DNA of 64,000 nt from an uncultured Tenacibaculum sp. (GTDB lineage: Bacteria; Bacteroidota; Bacteroidia; Flavobacteriales; Flavobacteriaceae), in contig CANLMR010000011.1 in NCBI GenBank assembly GCA_947492185.1, positions 12,002-76,001 of the forward strand, in the 5' to 3' direction. The notes beneath the pieces were generated by a model. That model saw only the letters and a program-made list of their open reading frames with translations. It ran no database searches and had not been told where the DNA came from. Each line of letters opens with the position of its first letter. The stretch's first letter is position 1. Shown here piece after piece: positions 49,509-59,407 of the stretch. The position numbers and the translations under genes were made by a program.

Positions 49509-51305
49509 ATGAAAGACATATTACGTCGAGCTAAGGCATACCTCTGTGTATGTCTTTTGCTTTTATCAATAGGATGCGGTAAAGAGGAAAAAAAGTATGA
49601 ATCTGTAGATAATTTTTCTATCGAAATTTCTGCTTTATACAATGATTATTTAGCTAAAGCGATTAGTAACTTAGATAAAATCGATTTAGAAAAAGTATCT
49701 TCTTCCAATCGTAAAAATTATTACGTTGCTGCTAGAAAGTATTTCAAGCTTGTTGAACCTATTTTATCGTATTCAGATAAGAATAATTATAAGTCATTAA
49801 ATGCACCTAATATAATTCAGGTTAAAGGTGAAGACACTCAAGATACTCGAATTTTAAACCCGATAGGTTTTCAGGTTATCGAAGAAAATCTTTATGATGA
49901 GGAAATTGATACAATTACGTTAACCAGAGCAGTGAACGTAACTCGAGACAGATTAAAACTTGTTAAGGAAAATAATAATTTGAAACTTAAAGATTATCAT
50001 ATTATTTGGATGTTGAGAGATCAAATTGTTAGAATTGCTACTGCCGGAATTACTGGTTTTGATTCTCCTGTATTGAATCAATCATTGTTAGAAAGTAAAT
50101 ACACTTACAATACAATTATTGATATAATTAAAATGAACAAAAATAGATTTCAATCAAAAGATTTAATGAATGATTTTATTAGAGTTATTCAAACTGCTCA
50201 AAAAGAGTTAGATCATGATTTTGAGACGTTTGATCGTTTCGATTTTATTAAAAATCATATAGATAAACAATTGAAGTTATTAGTAGATATTCAAAAAGAT
50301 TGGATCGTCTCTTTTCCTTTTGAAATGGCATTGTCAAATACTATGACAACTCTTTTTTCAAAGGATGCTTTAAATATAGATTATTTCTCTGATCAATTAA
50401 GTGATACTACACAGCTTACTGAGAAAGTTGCATTTGGTAAAATGTTATTCAACGATAAGTCATTGTCTAAAGATTATAATATGGCTTGTGCAACTTGTCA
50501 TGTAAAAGATTTAGCATTTACTGATGGAAGAAAAACTTTTGATTTTAATCAAACGAGAAATACACCAACAGTAACTTATGCTGCTTATCAACAATCATTT
50601 TTTATGGATGCAAGATCAGGAAGTCTTGAAGGTCAGGTTGTAGGAGTCATAAAAAATCATAATGAGTTCAATATGTCAATGGATTCTGTGGTGAATAGAG
50701 TACTAAAAAATGATAGTTATAAAAAGCAACTTTCTGAACTATACAATAATAAAAAAGTAAACTATAATATCAGACATGCTATTGCTTCCTACATTAGAAG
50801 TTTAAATACTTTCAATTCTAAATTTGATAAAAATATAAGAGGAGAGGAGAATACTTTAACCGAAGAGGAAAAACTAGGATTTAATGTGTTTATGGGAAAA
50901 GCCATGTGTGCAACTTGTCATTTCGCTCCAGTTTTTAATGGAACAGTTCCTCCAAATTATGTAGATACAGAGTTAGAGTTTATTGGTATTCCTGCTTCTA
51001 AAGATACCGTTAATGCAAAATTATCTCCAGATTTAGGAAGGTATGAGTTGTTCAAAACTCCAGAACGTAAACACTTTTTTAAAACTCCAACGGTAAGAAA
51101 TTCTGCTGTAACAACTCCGTATATGCATAATGGTGTGTATTCAAGTTTAAAAGAAGTAATGGAGTTTTATAACAAAGGTGGTGGTGCTGGTTTAGGAATA
51201 GACAACGATTATCAGACCCTGCCATTTGATAATTTAAATTTAACAGAAAAAGAAATAAATGCTCTTATTGCATTTGCTAAAACGTTAACAGATGCCGAAT
51301 ATTAG
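49509..51305 (+). CDS. Di-heme cytochrome c peroxidase (bCcP/MauG family) fused to an N-terminal EfeO/imelysin-like domain, lipoprotein
   Basis: Two CATCH heme motifs, RNTPT, KTPTVRN, PYMHNG; N-terminal AARKYFKLVEP and GFQVIEENLY; SIGC lipobox. Confidence 0.85.
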   Translation: MKDILRRAKAYLCVCLLLLSIGCGKEEKKYESVDNFSIEISALYNDYLAKAISNLDKIDLEKVSSSNRKNYYVAARKYFKLVEPILSYSDKNNYKSLNAPNIIQVKGEDTQDTRILNPIGFQVIEENLYDEEIDTITLTRAVNVTRDRLKLVKENNNLKLKDYHIIWMLRDQIVRIATAGITGFDSPVLNQSLLESKYTYNTIIDIIKMNKNRFQSKDLMNDFIRVIQTAQKELDHDFETFDRFDFIKNHIDKQLKLLVDIQKDWIVSFPFEMALSNTMTTLFSKDALNIDYFSDQLSDTTQLTEKVAFGKMLFNDKSLSKDYNMACATCHVKDLAFTDGRKTFDFNQTRNTPTVTYAAYQQSFFMDARSGSLEGQVVGVIKNHNEFNMSMDSVVNRVLKNDSYKKQLSELYNNKKVNYNIRHAIASYIRSLNTFNSKFDKNIRGEENTLTEEEKLGFNVFMGKAMCATCHFAPVFNGTVPPNYVDTELEFIGIPASKDTVNAKLSPDLGRYELFKTPERKHFFKTPTVRNSAVTTPYMHNGVYSSLKEVMEFYNKGGGAGLGIDNDYQTLPFDNLNLTEKEINALIAFAKTLTDAEY

Positions 51306-51327
51306 GCTCTTTTTAGTTGTGTTGTGT

Positions 51328-51356
51328 AAACTCCTTGATTTTTAGTTAAGGAGTTT
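51328..51356 (+). terminator. Intrinsic terminator of the phoX-peroxidase pair
   Basis: aaactcctt / aaggagttt plus T-run. Confidence 0.7.
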
Positions 51357-51419
51357 TTTTATGTTAAAAGTGTAATTTTACGAAATAACTTCGACGAAGT
51401 AGTATAAAATCAATTTTCA

Positions 51420-52187
51420 ATGAAAAAACTAATAACATTATTTTTACTTGTTGCTTTAGTTAGTGCTTGTAAAACAGAGGAGAAAAAAAAGTCTAATGAA
51501 AAAACTAAAACAGAGGTTGTAAAAGAACCAACGTACCCAAAAGTTTTAGGAGAAATATTTGAAAAACATGGTGGAATAGATGCGTGGAGAAAAGCGAAAT
51601 TTTTATCGTATAAAGTAAAAGGAGAGGAGCATACTACAGATTTACATTCAAGAAGAGCAGTTGTTCATGGAGATAAATATTCATTAGGATATGATGGAAA
51701 AGAGGTTTGGTTAAGCCAAAAAGATACTATCTTTAAAGGTAATCCAGAATTTTATTATAACCTATATTTTTATTTCTACGCAATGCCTTTTGTACTTGCA
51801 GATGATGGAATTGTATATTCAGATATAGATCCAATTGAATTTGAAGGAGTAAAGTATCCTGGAGTGAAAATATCTTATAAAGCGAATGTAGGAGTTTCAC
51901 CAGATGATAATTATTTTATATTTTACCATCCAGAAACAAAACAAATGGCTTGGTTAGGATATACAGTTACGTATTTTAGTAAAAAGCCATCTGATAAGTT
52001 TAATATCATTAGATATAATGATTGGGAAAACGTTAACGGTTTCTTATTACCAAAAACTATAACTTGGTACAAGAAAAACGAACAAGGTGTTCCAACTGAG
52101 CCAGCCGGTGATCCAATTCAATTTTCATCAGCATTAGTAAGTCAAGCACCATTAGCTGATAACTTTTTTAGTAAGCCAGCTGAATAA
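51420..52187 (+). CDS. Lipoprotein, DUF6503-like
   Basis: VSAC lipobox; FYYNLYFYFYAMPFVLADDG; SPDDNY. Confidence 0.7.
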   Translation: MKKLITLFLLVALVSACKTEEKKKSNEKTKTEVVKEPTYPKVLGEIFEKHGGIDAWRKAKFLSYKVKGEEHTTDLHSRRAVVHGDKYSLGYDGKEVWLSQKDTIFKGNPEFYYNLYFYFYAMPFVLADDGIVYSDIDPIEFEGVKYPGVKISYKANVGVSPDDNYFIFYHPETKQMAWLGYTVTYFSKKPSDKFNIIRYNDWENVNGFLLPKTITWYKKNEQGVPTEPAGDPIQFSSALVSQAPLADNFFSKPAE

Positions 52188-52216
52188 TTTGAATCAACAA
52201 AACAAACTAAAATATT

Positions 52217-52321
52217 ATGAGTAAAAAGTATATGTGGAAAAAAGAGTACACACTCGTCTTGGTAGCAAATCTAGTGTACATCGTTCTTTTTTATTTAATC
52301 ACTAACGCATATACTAAATAA
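52217..52321 (+). CDS. 34-aa single-TM peptide upstream of the symporter (not in ORF track)
   Basis: MSKKYMWKKEYTLVLVANLVYIVLFYLITNAYTK; stop 7 nt before the symporter ATG. Confidence 0.7.
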   Translation: MSKKYMWKKEYTLVLVANLVYIVLFYLITNAYTK

Positions 52322-52328
52322 CATACTC

Positions 52329-53996
52329 ATGCAAATTTTAGACTGGATTGTACTTTCACTTACCTTATTATTTATTGTATTATACGGAACTTGGAAAACA
52401 AGAGGAAGTGAAAATGTAGAACAATATATTAAAGGAGGAAATGATACAAAGTGGTGGACTATCGGATTGTCTGTAATGGCAACTCAGGCTAGTGCCATCA
52501 CTTTTTTATCTACTCCAGGACAAGCTTTCCATAGTGGAATGGGATTTGTCCAATTTTACTTCGGATTACCTCTTGCTATGGTAATCATCTGTTTAGTATT
52601 TATTCCAATTTATCATAAATTAAATGTTTATACTGCATATGAATATTTAGAAACTAGATTTGATCTTAAAACAAGAACTTTAGCAGCCATTTTATTTTTG
52701 ATACAAAGAGGTTTAGCTGCGGGTATTACCATTTTTGCACCTGCTATTATTTTGTCAGCGGTATTAGGTTGGGATTTAGTACTATTAAACATCATTATTG
52801 GGATGTTGGTAATTATTTATACTGTTAGTGGAGGAACAAAAGCAGTTAGTGTAACCCAGAAACAACAAATGGCAATTATATTCTCCGGAATGTTTATTGC
52901 ATTTTATTTGATTTTACAGTATTTGCCAGATGGAATTACATTTGGTAAAGCTCTTGAAATTGCTGGAGCTAGCAATAAAATGAAAGTTCTTGATTTTTCA
53001 TGGGATTTAAATAATCGATATACAGTTTGGACAGGTTTTCTTGGGGGAACATTTTTAATGTTGTCATATTTCGGAACAGATCAAAGTCAAGTGCAACGTT
53101 ATTTATCAGGAAAATCAGTAAGAGAGAGCCAGCTAGGATTAATTTTTAATGGGTTGTTAAAAGTTCCTATGCAGTTTTTCATTTTATTAGTTGGTGTAAT
53201 GGTTTTTGTGTTCTACCAATTTAATGCGTCACCATTAAACTTTAATCCGAAAGCTCAGGAAGCGGTTATCAATTCTCAGTATGCATCGGAGTATAAAGTT
53301 CTAGAAGATAAGCACAAAAAAATTGAAGCAGAAAAGAAAACGCTTATTTTAAGTGGAATTACTGAAGCAAATAAACCAAAGTTGCAAGCTTTAAATGAAG
53401 AAGATTTAAAATTAAAGAAAGAAGCTAAAACTATAATTGAAAAATCAGATGCAGATGTAGAAACAAATGACAAAGATTATGTATTTATTCATTTTATATT
53501 AAACAATCTTCCAAAAGGTTTAATAGGGTTATTACTTGCCGTTATCTTATCAGCAGCAATGTCATCTACAGCTTCAGAATTAAATGCTTTAGCATCTACT
53601 ACGGCAATAGATTTGTATAAGAGAAATGTTACTGAAGAAAAGAGTGACCAGCATTATGTGAAAATGTCAAAATGGTTCACTTTAGGTTGGGGAGTTTTAG
53701 CAATTCTCGTTGCTTGTGTTGCCAACCTATTTGATAACCTAATTCAGTTAGTAAATATAATTGGATCTATATTTTATGGAAATGTGTTAGGTATTTTCTT
53801 GTTAGCATTCTTCTTTAAGTTTGTAAAATCGAATGCAGTGTTTATTGGTGCAATTATCACTCAAATACTAATTATAGTGGTATGGTCTCAAGATTGGTTG
53901 CCGTACTTATGGTTAAATGCACTTGGTTGTGGGTTAGTGATTTTAATAGCTTCAATTTTACAAATTGCGAATCGAGAATCTGAAGAAGGATTTTAG
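52329..53996 (+). CDS. Sodium:solute symporter
   Basis: GLSVMATQASAITF, DQSQVQRYL, AAMSS; many TM helices. Confidence 0.93.
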   Translation: MQILDWIVLSLTLLFIVLYGTWKTRGSENVEQYIKGGNDTKWWTIGLSVMATQASAITFLSTPGQAFHSGMGFVQFYFGLPLAMVIICLVFIPIYHKLNVYTAYEYLETRFDLKTRTLAAILFLIQRGLAAGITIFAPAIILSAVLGWDLVLLNIIIGMLVIIYTVSGGTKAVSVTQKQQMAIIFSGMFIAFYLILQYLPDGITFGKALEIAGASNKMKVLDFSWDLNNRYTVWTGFLGGTFLMLSYFGTDQSQVQRYLSGKSVRESQLGLIFNGLLKVPMQFFILLVGVMVFVFYQFNASPLNFNPKAQEAVINSQYASEYKVLEDKHKKIEAEKKTLILSGITEANKPKLQALNEEDLKLKKEAKTIIEKSDADVETNDKDYVFIHFILNNLPKGLIGLLLAVILSAAMSSTASELNALASTTAIDLYKRNVTEEKSDQHYVKMSKWFTLGWGVLAILVACVANLFDNLIQLVNIIGSIFYGNVLGIFLLAFFFKFVKSNAVFIGAIITQILIIVVWSQDWLPYLWLNALGCGLVILIASILQIANRESEEGF

Positions 53997-54003
53997 AGAT
54001 AAA

Positions 54004-54525
54004 TTACTTTTTACGATTACGTTTATTTTTATAGTAAGCTTTATCAGCTACATAAATTGTTTTATGCACTTCGCAGAAAATAGTGTTTCTATCTTTTGTA
54101 GTTAGCAGAGTAGTTTTTTTAATTTCGATTTCTTTCTTTTCAGCTACTTGTTGTTTAATATCTTCAAGCTCTTCTGTAGTGTAATTGAAATCGGCATAAA
54201 CATGTTCTTTTGCAGGTCTTTTAAAATATATTTCTGCTGACTTATCCCAAACCACATAATCATCACCAATTAAATTGATTAATTGTACCATCGGAATTGG
54301 ATCTACAGAAGAAAAAAGACTTCCGCCAAATATGGAGTTTACATAATTTCTATTTTTATAACTTATAGGAATTCTAACTACTACATTTAGTAAATCTTGA
54401 GAAACATTAATTACTCGTCCAGTACTCCTTCTGTACATTGGAGATAAGTTAAAACCATGTTTAAAAAGCTTAGATTTTGGTATAAATTTGGTTCCTATTT
54501 CGGCTATTTTTTTATAGATAGACAT
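54004..54525 (-). CDS. DUF4442 / hot-dog-fold thioesterase-like protein
   Basis: NLSPMYRRSTG, NRNYVNSIFGGSLF, YVVWDKSA. Confidence 0.85.
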   Translation of the reverse strand: MSIYKKIAEIGTKFIPKSKLFKHGFNLSPMYRRSTGRVINVSQDLLNVVVRIPISYKNRNYVNSIFGGSLFSSVDPIPMVQLINLIGDDYVVWDKSAEIYFKRPAKEHVYADFNYTTEELEDIKQQVAEKKEIEIKKTTLLTTKDRNTIFCEVHKTIYVADKAYYKNKRNRKK

Positions 54526-54562
54526 AAAGTAAACATTGAAAAGGTAAAGGTAAGAAGAATAA

Positions 54563-54591
54563 AAAACTCGAGCTGGTTGGACTCGAGTTTT
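54563..54591 (-). terminator. Intrinsic terminator
   Basis: aaaactcgag / ctcgagtttt. Confidence 0.65.
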
Positions 54592-54618
54592 ACTTTTAAT
54601 TAAATTTAGATAGACAGA

Positions 54619-55464
54619 TTAAGCTCCCCATTCTTTAAGAGAGTCTTTATTCATCTTTACGTAGTCAGCGTTTTTAGCTTCCTCAGCATGCTTTAAAGAA
54701 GCCTTCGCAGCTTTAATAGCACCTTTTTTATCTCCAGCTTTAGCGTGAATTAATGATTGTTTACGTAAGTACCAAAAACGAGGTTTTGCACTTGTCATGT
54801 CAACAGCTTTATCAATCCACATCATAGCTTTCTTAATATCTTTTCCTTCAGCCATATAGTAAGAAGCTGCTGCATAATAGTCGTTTGGAGCTGGTCCAGA
54901 CATTACAGATGCGATGCTTGCTTCAACAGCTTTATCAGTAGGAACGCTAAATTTAACACCTACATAAGTGTTTTCCCATAAAATACCTAAAACAGCAGAA
55001 CTGTTTGTGATATCATCAAAAGAAAGTGTAAATGTTTCAATATTCATAGGCATTTTAATAACAGAAGCAGTAGTTGTTAAAGCTACTTTGCTATCATCCC
55101 ATTTTCTTGGAGTCCCCCAGTTATTTGTATCGTTATAGAACATTACTTTCCAAGAAGTAGCTCCAGGTTCAGTAAAAATTGCATAAGAACCTTTCTTTAA
55201 TGTTTTACCATCAATCATAACATCTTGGCTGAAAGTAATCATTGTATTTTTGTTTGCTCCAGTTCTCCATTTAGCTCCAAAAGGGACTAAATCTCCAAAA
55301 ACTTTTCTTCCTTTAACTCCAGGTCTAGAGTACTCTACAGAAACATCAGTTAAACCAACTTTTTGCTCTAATTTAGAAAGTGGACTTGGTTGCGGGGTTT
55401 TAATTTGTGCGTTAACAGATAATGTTAATGACGCAACAAATAATCCTAAAAGTATTTTTTTCAT
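54619..55464 (-). CDS. DUF2911 domain secreted protein
   Basis: PQPSP, EYSRPGVKGRKVFGDLVPFGAKWRTGAN. Confidence 0.88.
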   Translation of the reverse strand: MKKILLGLFVASLTLSVNAQIKTPQPSPLSKLEQKVGLTDVSVEYSRPGVKGRKVFGDLVPFGAKWRTGANKNTMITFSQDVMIDGKTLKKGSYAIFTEPGATSWKVMFYNDTNNWGTPRKWDDSKVALTTTASVIKMPMNIETFTLSFDDITNSSAVLGILWENTYVGVKFSVPTDKAVEASIASVMSGPAPNDYYAAASYYMAEGKDIKKAMMWIDKAVDMTSAKPRFWYLRKQSLIHAKAGDKKGAIKAAKASLKHAEEAKNADYVKMNKDSLKEWGA

Positions 55465-55564
55465 GATAATAAATTAGTTTGTTTTTTTAGTCAGTATAAA
55501 ATTACGGCTTAAAGAGGCGATAAATGTTAACAAAAACTTAAAAAACCAGTTTAAATCTTGATTG

Positions 55565-55572
55565 TATCTTTG
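55565..55572 (+). promoter_or_regulatory. -7 element upstream of the aquaporin (near-leaderless)
   Basis: TAtcTTTG ends 5 nt before ATG. Confidence 0.6.
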
Positions 55573-55577
55573 TAAAC

Positions 55578-56240
55578 ATGAAAAAATACATTTCTGAGTT
55601 TGTAGGAACTTTCGCATTAATTTTTTGTGGAACTGGAGCAATGACAATTAATGAAGTCACCAATGGTTCTATTGGTCATGTTGGAATTGCAATTACATGG
55701 GGGTTAATTGTAATGGCAATGATTTATGCTTTTGGAGAAATTTCAGGAGCACATTTTAATCCAGCTGTCACAATCTCTTTTGCGTATGCTAAAAAGTTTC
55801 CTTGGGCTGAAGTTCCGAAATATATTATTTTTCAAATTCTTGGTGCACTTTTAGCTAGTTTTACGTTATGGTTTTTATTCCCAGAAAGTGAATTTTATGG
55901 AGCCACAATTCCTAATACTGATGCCATTAGAGCTTTTGTATTAGAGTTATTACTTGCATTTTTCTTAATGGTTACTATTATTAATGTTTCTACAGGAAGT
56001 AAAGAAGTAGGGGTAATGGCAGGAATTGCAATAGGAGGGATAGTTTTATTAGAGGCAATGTTTGCTGGGCCAATTACAAAAGCATCGATGAATCCTGCAA
56101 GATCATTAGCACCTGCAATTGTTTCGGGGCATTATCAAGATCTTTGGTTATATATGGTAGCTCCAATTATTGGAGCTTTGTTAGCTGTAGCTACTTGTAA
56201 ACTAGTAAAAGACGATAATTGTTGTGATGGAGAATGTTAG
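55578..56240 (+). CDS. MIP/aquaporin family channel (NIP-like) with Cys-rich tail
   Basis: SGAHFNPAVT and SMNPARSLAPA; ends DNCCDGEC. Confidence 0.92.
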   Translation: MKKYISEFVGTFALIFCGTGAMTINEVTNGSIGHVGIAITWGLIVMAMIYAFGEISGAHFNPAVTISFAYAKKFPWAEVPKYIIFQILGALLASFTLWFLFPESEFYGATIPNTDAIRAFVLELLLAFFLMVTIINVSTGSKEVGVMAGIAIGGIVLLEAMFAGPITKASMNPARSLAPAIVSGHYQDLWLYMVAPIIGALLAVATCKLVKDDNCCDGEC

Positions 56241-56243
56241 TTT

Positions 56244-57017
56244 ATGAGTAAAAAGGTATATAGTATTTTAGGTTGTGGATGGTTAGGGATTTCTTTAGCG
56301 GAATTTCTAATTCAAAAAAATGCAGTTATAAAAGGTTCTACTAGAAGCGAAGAAAAATTGAAGGTTTTAAAAGAATCTGGTATTCAATCTTTTATTGTTG
56401 ATGTTGAAAAAGAGATTGTAGATTCTGATTTTTTTAATTGTGATGTACTTTTGATTATGATTACTTCTAAAGATATTAATGCTTACCAAAATTTAGTTAA
56501 TCAAATAGAGAAATCACGATTAAAGAAAGTGATTTTTATTAGTTCAACTTCTGTGTATCCTAGAAATAATAAAACCTATACTGAGAAAGATGAAACTATT
56601 GATGATGCTTTATTAGTTTGGGTAGAGGAGTTGTTTAGAAGTAATCCGAATTTCAAAACAACAATAATTAGATTTGCTGGATTATATGGTGGGAAAAGAC
56701 AACCAGGGAATTGGTTTGCAAAAAAAGAAATTCCTCAACCCAATGGTTTTGTGAATATGATTCATAGGGATGATTGTATTAAAATTATTTCTAAAATTAT
56801 AGAAGAAGATGTATTTGAAGAAACATTTAATGCTTGTGCAGATCATCATCCAACACGTAAAGAATTTTATATTAAAGCTAGAAAGAAGTTAGGTAAATCT
56901 GAACCAATATTTAAAACAGAATCTAAACTAATATTTAAGAAAATTAGCCCAACTAAATTGATAAACCGTTTGAATTATCAGTTTATACATAATGACTTAC
57001 TAGATTTAAAAGATTAA
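56244..57017 (+). CDS. NAD(P)-dependent epimerase/dehydratase (YeeZ-like)
   Basis: ILGCGWLG, FISSTSVY, IIRFAGLYG, VNMIHRDD. Confidence 0.85.
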   Translation: MSKKVYSILGCGWLGISLAEFLIQKNAVIKGSTRSEEKLKVLKESGIQSFIVDVEKEIVDSDFFNCDVLLIMITSKDINAYQNLVNQIEKSRLKKVIFISSTSVYPRNNKTYTEKDETIDDALLVWVEELFRSNPNFKTTIIRFAGLYGGKRQPGNWFAKKEIPQPNGFVNMIHRDDCIKIISKIIEEDVFEETFNACADHHPTRKEFYIKARKKLGKSEPIFKTESKLIFKKISPTKLINRLNYQFIHNDLLDLKD

Positions 57018-57030
57018 ATATATTAGAATT

Positions 57031-58671
57031 CTAACTGTATTTCTTTTTTCTCCAATAATTAAATCCTAAACCAAAAACTAATAAGATAGCAAGTGGCAAA
57101 ACTATATTAAAAAATTGCCAAAAGCTGCGCTCTTTAAAAGCTTTTTGCTTATCTAAACTATTTAATTGAACAGTTTTGTTTCTTAATGAAATTAATCCTG
57201 AGTCATCAAGTAAATAATCAACAGTATTCAATAAGAAATCTTTATTTCCAAAACGTTGTTGTGTCCATTTGTCAATTCCTAAATCATAAGGTTTTCCTTT
57301 TAAAATTTGGTTTTTACCAATATCTCCATCAGCAATAATTACCATTTTGTTTTCTGATGAAATGTTTTGATAATTAGGATTTTCAAATGGCTTAGTTCTG
57401 TTTTCGTAAGCGGAATTAAATTTACCTTCTAATAAAACTGCGAGTAATTGACTACCTGCAGAATATTCTTCTTGACTTGGTTCCTTAGCTATGTTTTCTA
57501 ATTCAACAATTGTTGGTGTTCCTGAAAGTTTAGATAGAACAGAGCTAACAAGTAAAGGTGTTTTTTTTATATCTTTTTTAAGTGTGTCGATTTGAGTTGT
57601 AAATCGTAAACGGACAGGTAGTATGTTTTTAGTAATAGGATGGTTTGGGTTACCATTTACTAAAGGATGATAAAACCAATCATAGCTTTCAAATCGAGCT
57701 TGATTTCCTAGGTTTCCTGAAGCTAAAGTTAATTTTGATGCATACAAATCTTGAACTAAATTGTTGTTAATACGAACACCATAACTGAATAATAAATCAG
57801 TTAAATTTAATTCACGATTGTACGCTAACATTTTTCCTGCATTATATAAGCTATCTGTATCCGCATTTAAGTTATCAATCATCCATAATGATTTTCCACC
57901 ATTCATGATGTATTGATCCAGTACCAACTTTTCTTCATTTGTAAAAGTTTCAGTAGGTTTCGCTATGATAGATAAGTCGTATTGTTTTAATTGTTCAATA
58001 GTTTTAATTGGATTTTTAGCTGCTGAATCTAAAGTGAATTTACCTAAACTATATTTTTTTCCAAGTTCACTTAAAAAACTAAACAATCTTATATCTTCTA
58101 ATTCACCATTTCCGGATAAAACAGCAATTTTCTTCCTTTTATTTTGAGTGATTAGTTGAATAGCATTCGCGAAAGAATGCTCTAAAGAAGATATTGCATT
58201 TTCGAGTTGAGCTTCCTGAGATTTTGCCATAGTGTTGGGAAGCAATGAAACAGTAATCGCTTTTTTACCATAGAATAATTCTGCCCAAGGGAAAATCAAA
58301 GCCTCAGAAAGTTTACCATCTTCTTCAACAGTTAATTGACTTGGCATCATTCCGTTTTTTACCAATTCTTCTCTAATATCCTCTGGATTAATAAAGCGGA
58401 AACGAATGTTTGAGTTTTCAGCCTGAAGTTCTTCTAAAAATTGACGAGTTTCAATTTGTAAACGTTTAAATTCAGAAGGAAAATCACCTTCTAGATATAC
58501 ATTTATAATTAATGAACTTTCAAGATTGTTAACTAATTGCTTGGAAACTTCTGAAAGTGTGTACCGTTTATCTTTTGTTAAATCAAACCTTGTGAAAAAA
58601 GTAGCCGAAAAAAAGTTTAAAAATATTAGACCAACTAAAACAAAAAGGATAGTTTTCAAATTCTTATTCAT
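57031..58671 (-). CDS. gldG: Gliding-motility ABC transporter accessory protein GldG
   Basis: RFDLTKDKRYTLS, YLEGDFPSEF, GNGE, GNKDFLLNTVDYL; follows gldF. Confidence 0.93.
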   Translation of the reverse strand: MNKNLKTILFVLVGLIFLNFFSATFFTRFDLTKDKRYTLSEVSKQLVNNLESSLIINVYLEGDFPSEFKRLQIETRQFLEELQAENSNIRFRFINPEDIREELVKNGMMPSQLTVEEDGKLSEALIFPWAELFYGKKAITVSLLPNTMAKSQEAQLENAISSLEHSFANAIQLITQNKRKKIAVLSGNGELEDIRLFSFLSELGKKYSLGKFTLDSAAKNPIKTIEQLKQYDLSIIAKPTETFTNEEKLVLDQYIMNGGKSLWMIDNLNADTDSLYNAGKMLAYNRELNLTDLLFSYGVRINNNLVQDLYASKLTLASGNLGNQARFESYDWFYHPLVNGNPNHPITKNILPVRLRFTTQIDTLKKDIKKTPLLVSSVLSKLSGTPTIVELENIAKEPSQEEYSAGSQLLAVLLEGKFNSAYENRTKPFENPNYQNISSENKMVIIADGDIGKNQILKGKPYDLGIDKWTQQRFGNKDFLLNTVDYLLDDSGLISLRNKTVQLNSLDKQKAFKERSFWQFFNIVLPLAILLVFGLGFNYWRKKKYS

Positions 58672-59383
58672 TATCTAATTGTTTTTTAGTTAGAAATAAA
58701 AAGAAGAAACTCACACTTATAAAATAAATGATATCTCTTGTGTCAATTACACCACGGCTTATACTTTTAAAATGCTCGTTAAAACCAAATTGCCTTATAT
58801 AAAAATCAGAAGTTCCAGATAAGTTTGCAATAGCATCAAACCCATAAAAAACAAAAAAGGAAATGAAAACGGCAAGTATAAATGCAACAATTTGATTTTT
58901 AGATAGAGTAGAAGTAAATAATCCAATGGCACAATAACCTGAGGCTAAGAACAACATTCCGAAATATGAGCCAATGACACTTCCTAAATCTAAATTACCA
59001 ATAGGATTACCTAAAGTATAAACAGAATAGACGTAAGTAAGTGTTGGTAAAAGTGCTATGATTACTAAAAATAGGGCTGCAGTATATTTACCTAAAACAA
59101 TTTGCCAATCTGTTAATGGTTTCGTCTTTAAAATTTCTAGCGTTCCTGTATTAAATTCATCTGCAAAGCTCTTCATTGTTATTGCTGGAATTAAAAATAG
59201 AAATAACCATGGGGCGATATAAAAGAATGAATTTAAATCTGCAAAACCTGCGTTTAAAATATTAAAGTTGTCTTTTAACACCCATAAAAACAAACCATTT
59301 ACCAATAAAAATGCTCCAATAACTAAGTAAGCCACTGGAGAGGCAAAAAATGAGTTGAATTCTTTTTTTAAAATTGAAATCAA
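58664..59383 (-). CDS. gldF: Gliding-motility ABC permease GldF
   Basis: KKEFNSFFASP, PAITMKSFADE, GTLEIL, RGVIDTRD. Confidence 0.93.
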   Translation of the reverse strand: MISILKKEFNSFFASPVAYLVIGAFLLVNGLFLWVLKDNFNILNAGFADLNSFFYIAPWLFLFLIPAITMKSFADEFNTGTLEILKTKPLTDWQIVLGKYTAALFLVIIALLPTLTYVYSVYTLGNPIGNLDLGSVIGSYFGMLFLASGYCAIGLFTSTLSKNQIVAFILAVFISFFVFYGFDAIANLSGTSDFYIRQFGFNEHFKSISRGVIDTRDIIYFISVSFFFLFLTKKQLDNE

Positions 59384-59407
59384 TGTATTTAAATTTTATA
59401 ATTCTCT

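Noticed and set aside
57031-59383. Incomplete gld ABC transporter because gldA is absent
   Set aside because: gldA is normally unlinked from gldFG in Flavobacteria
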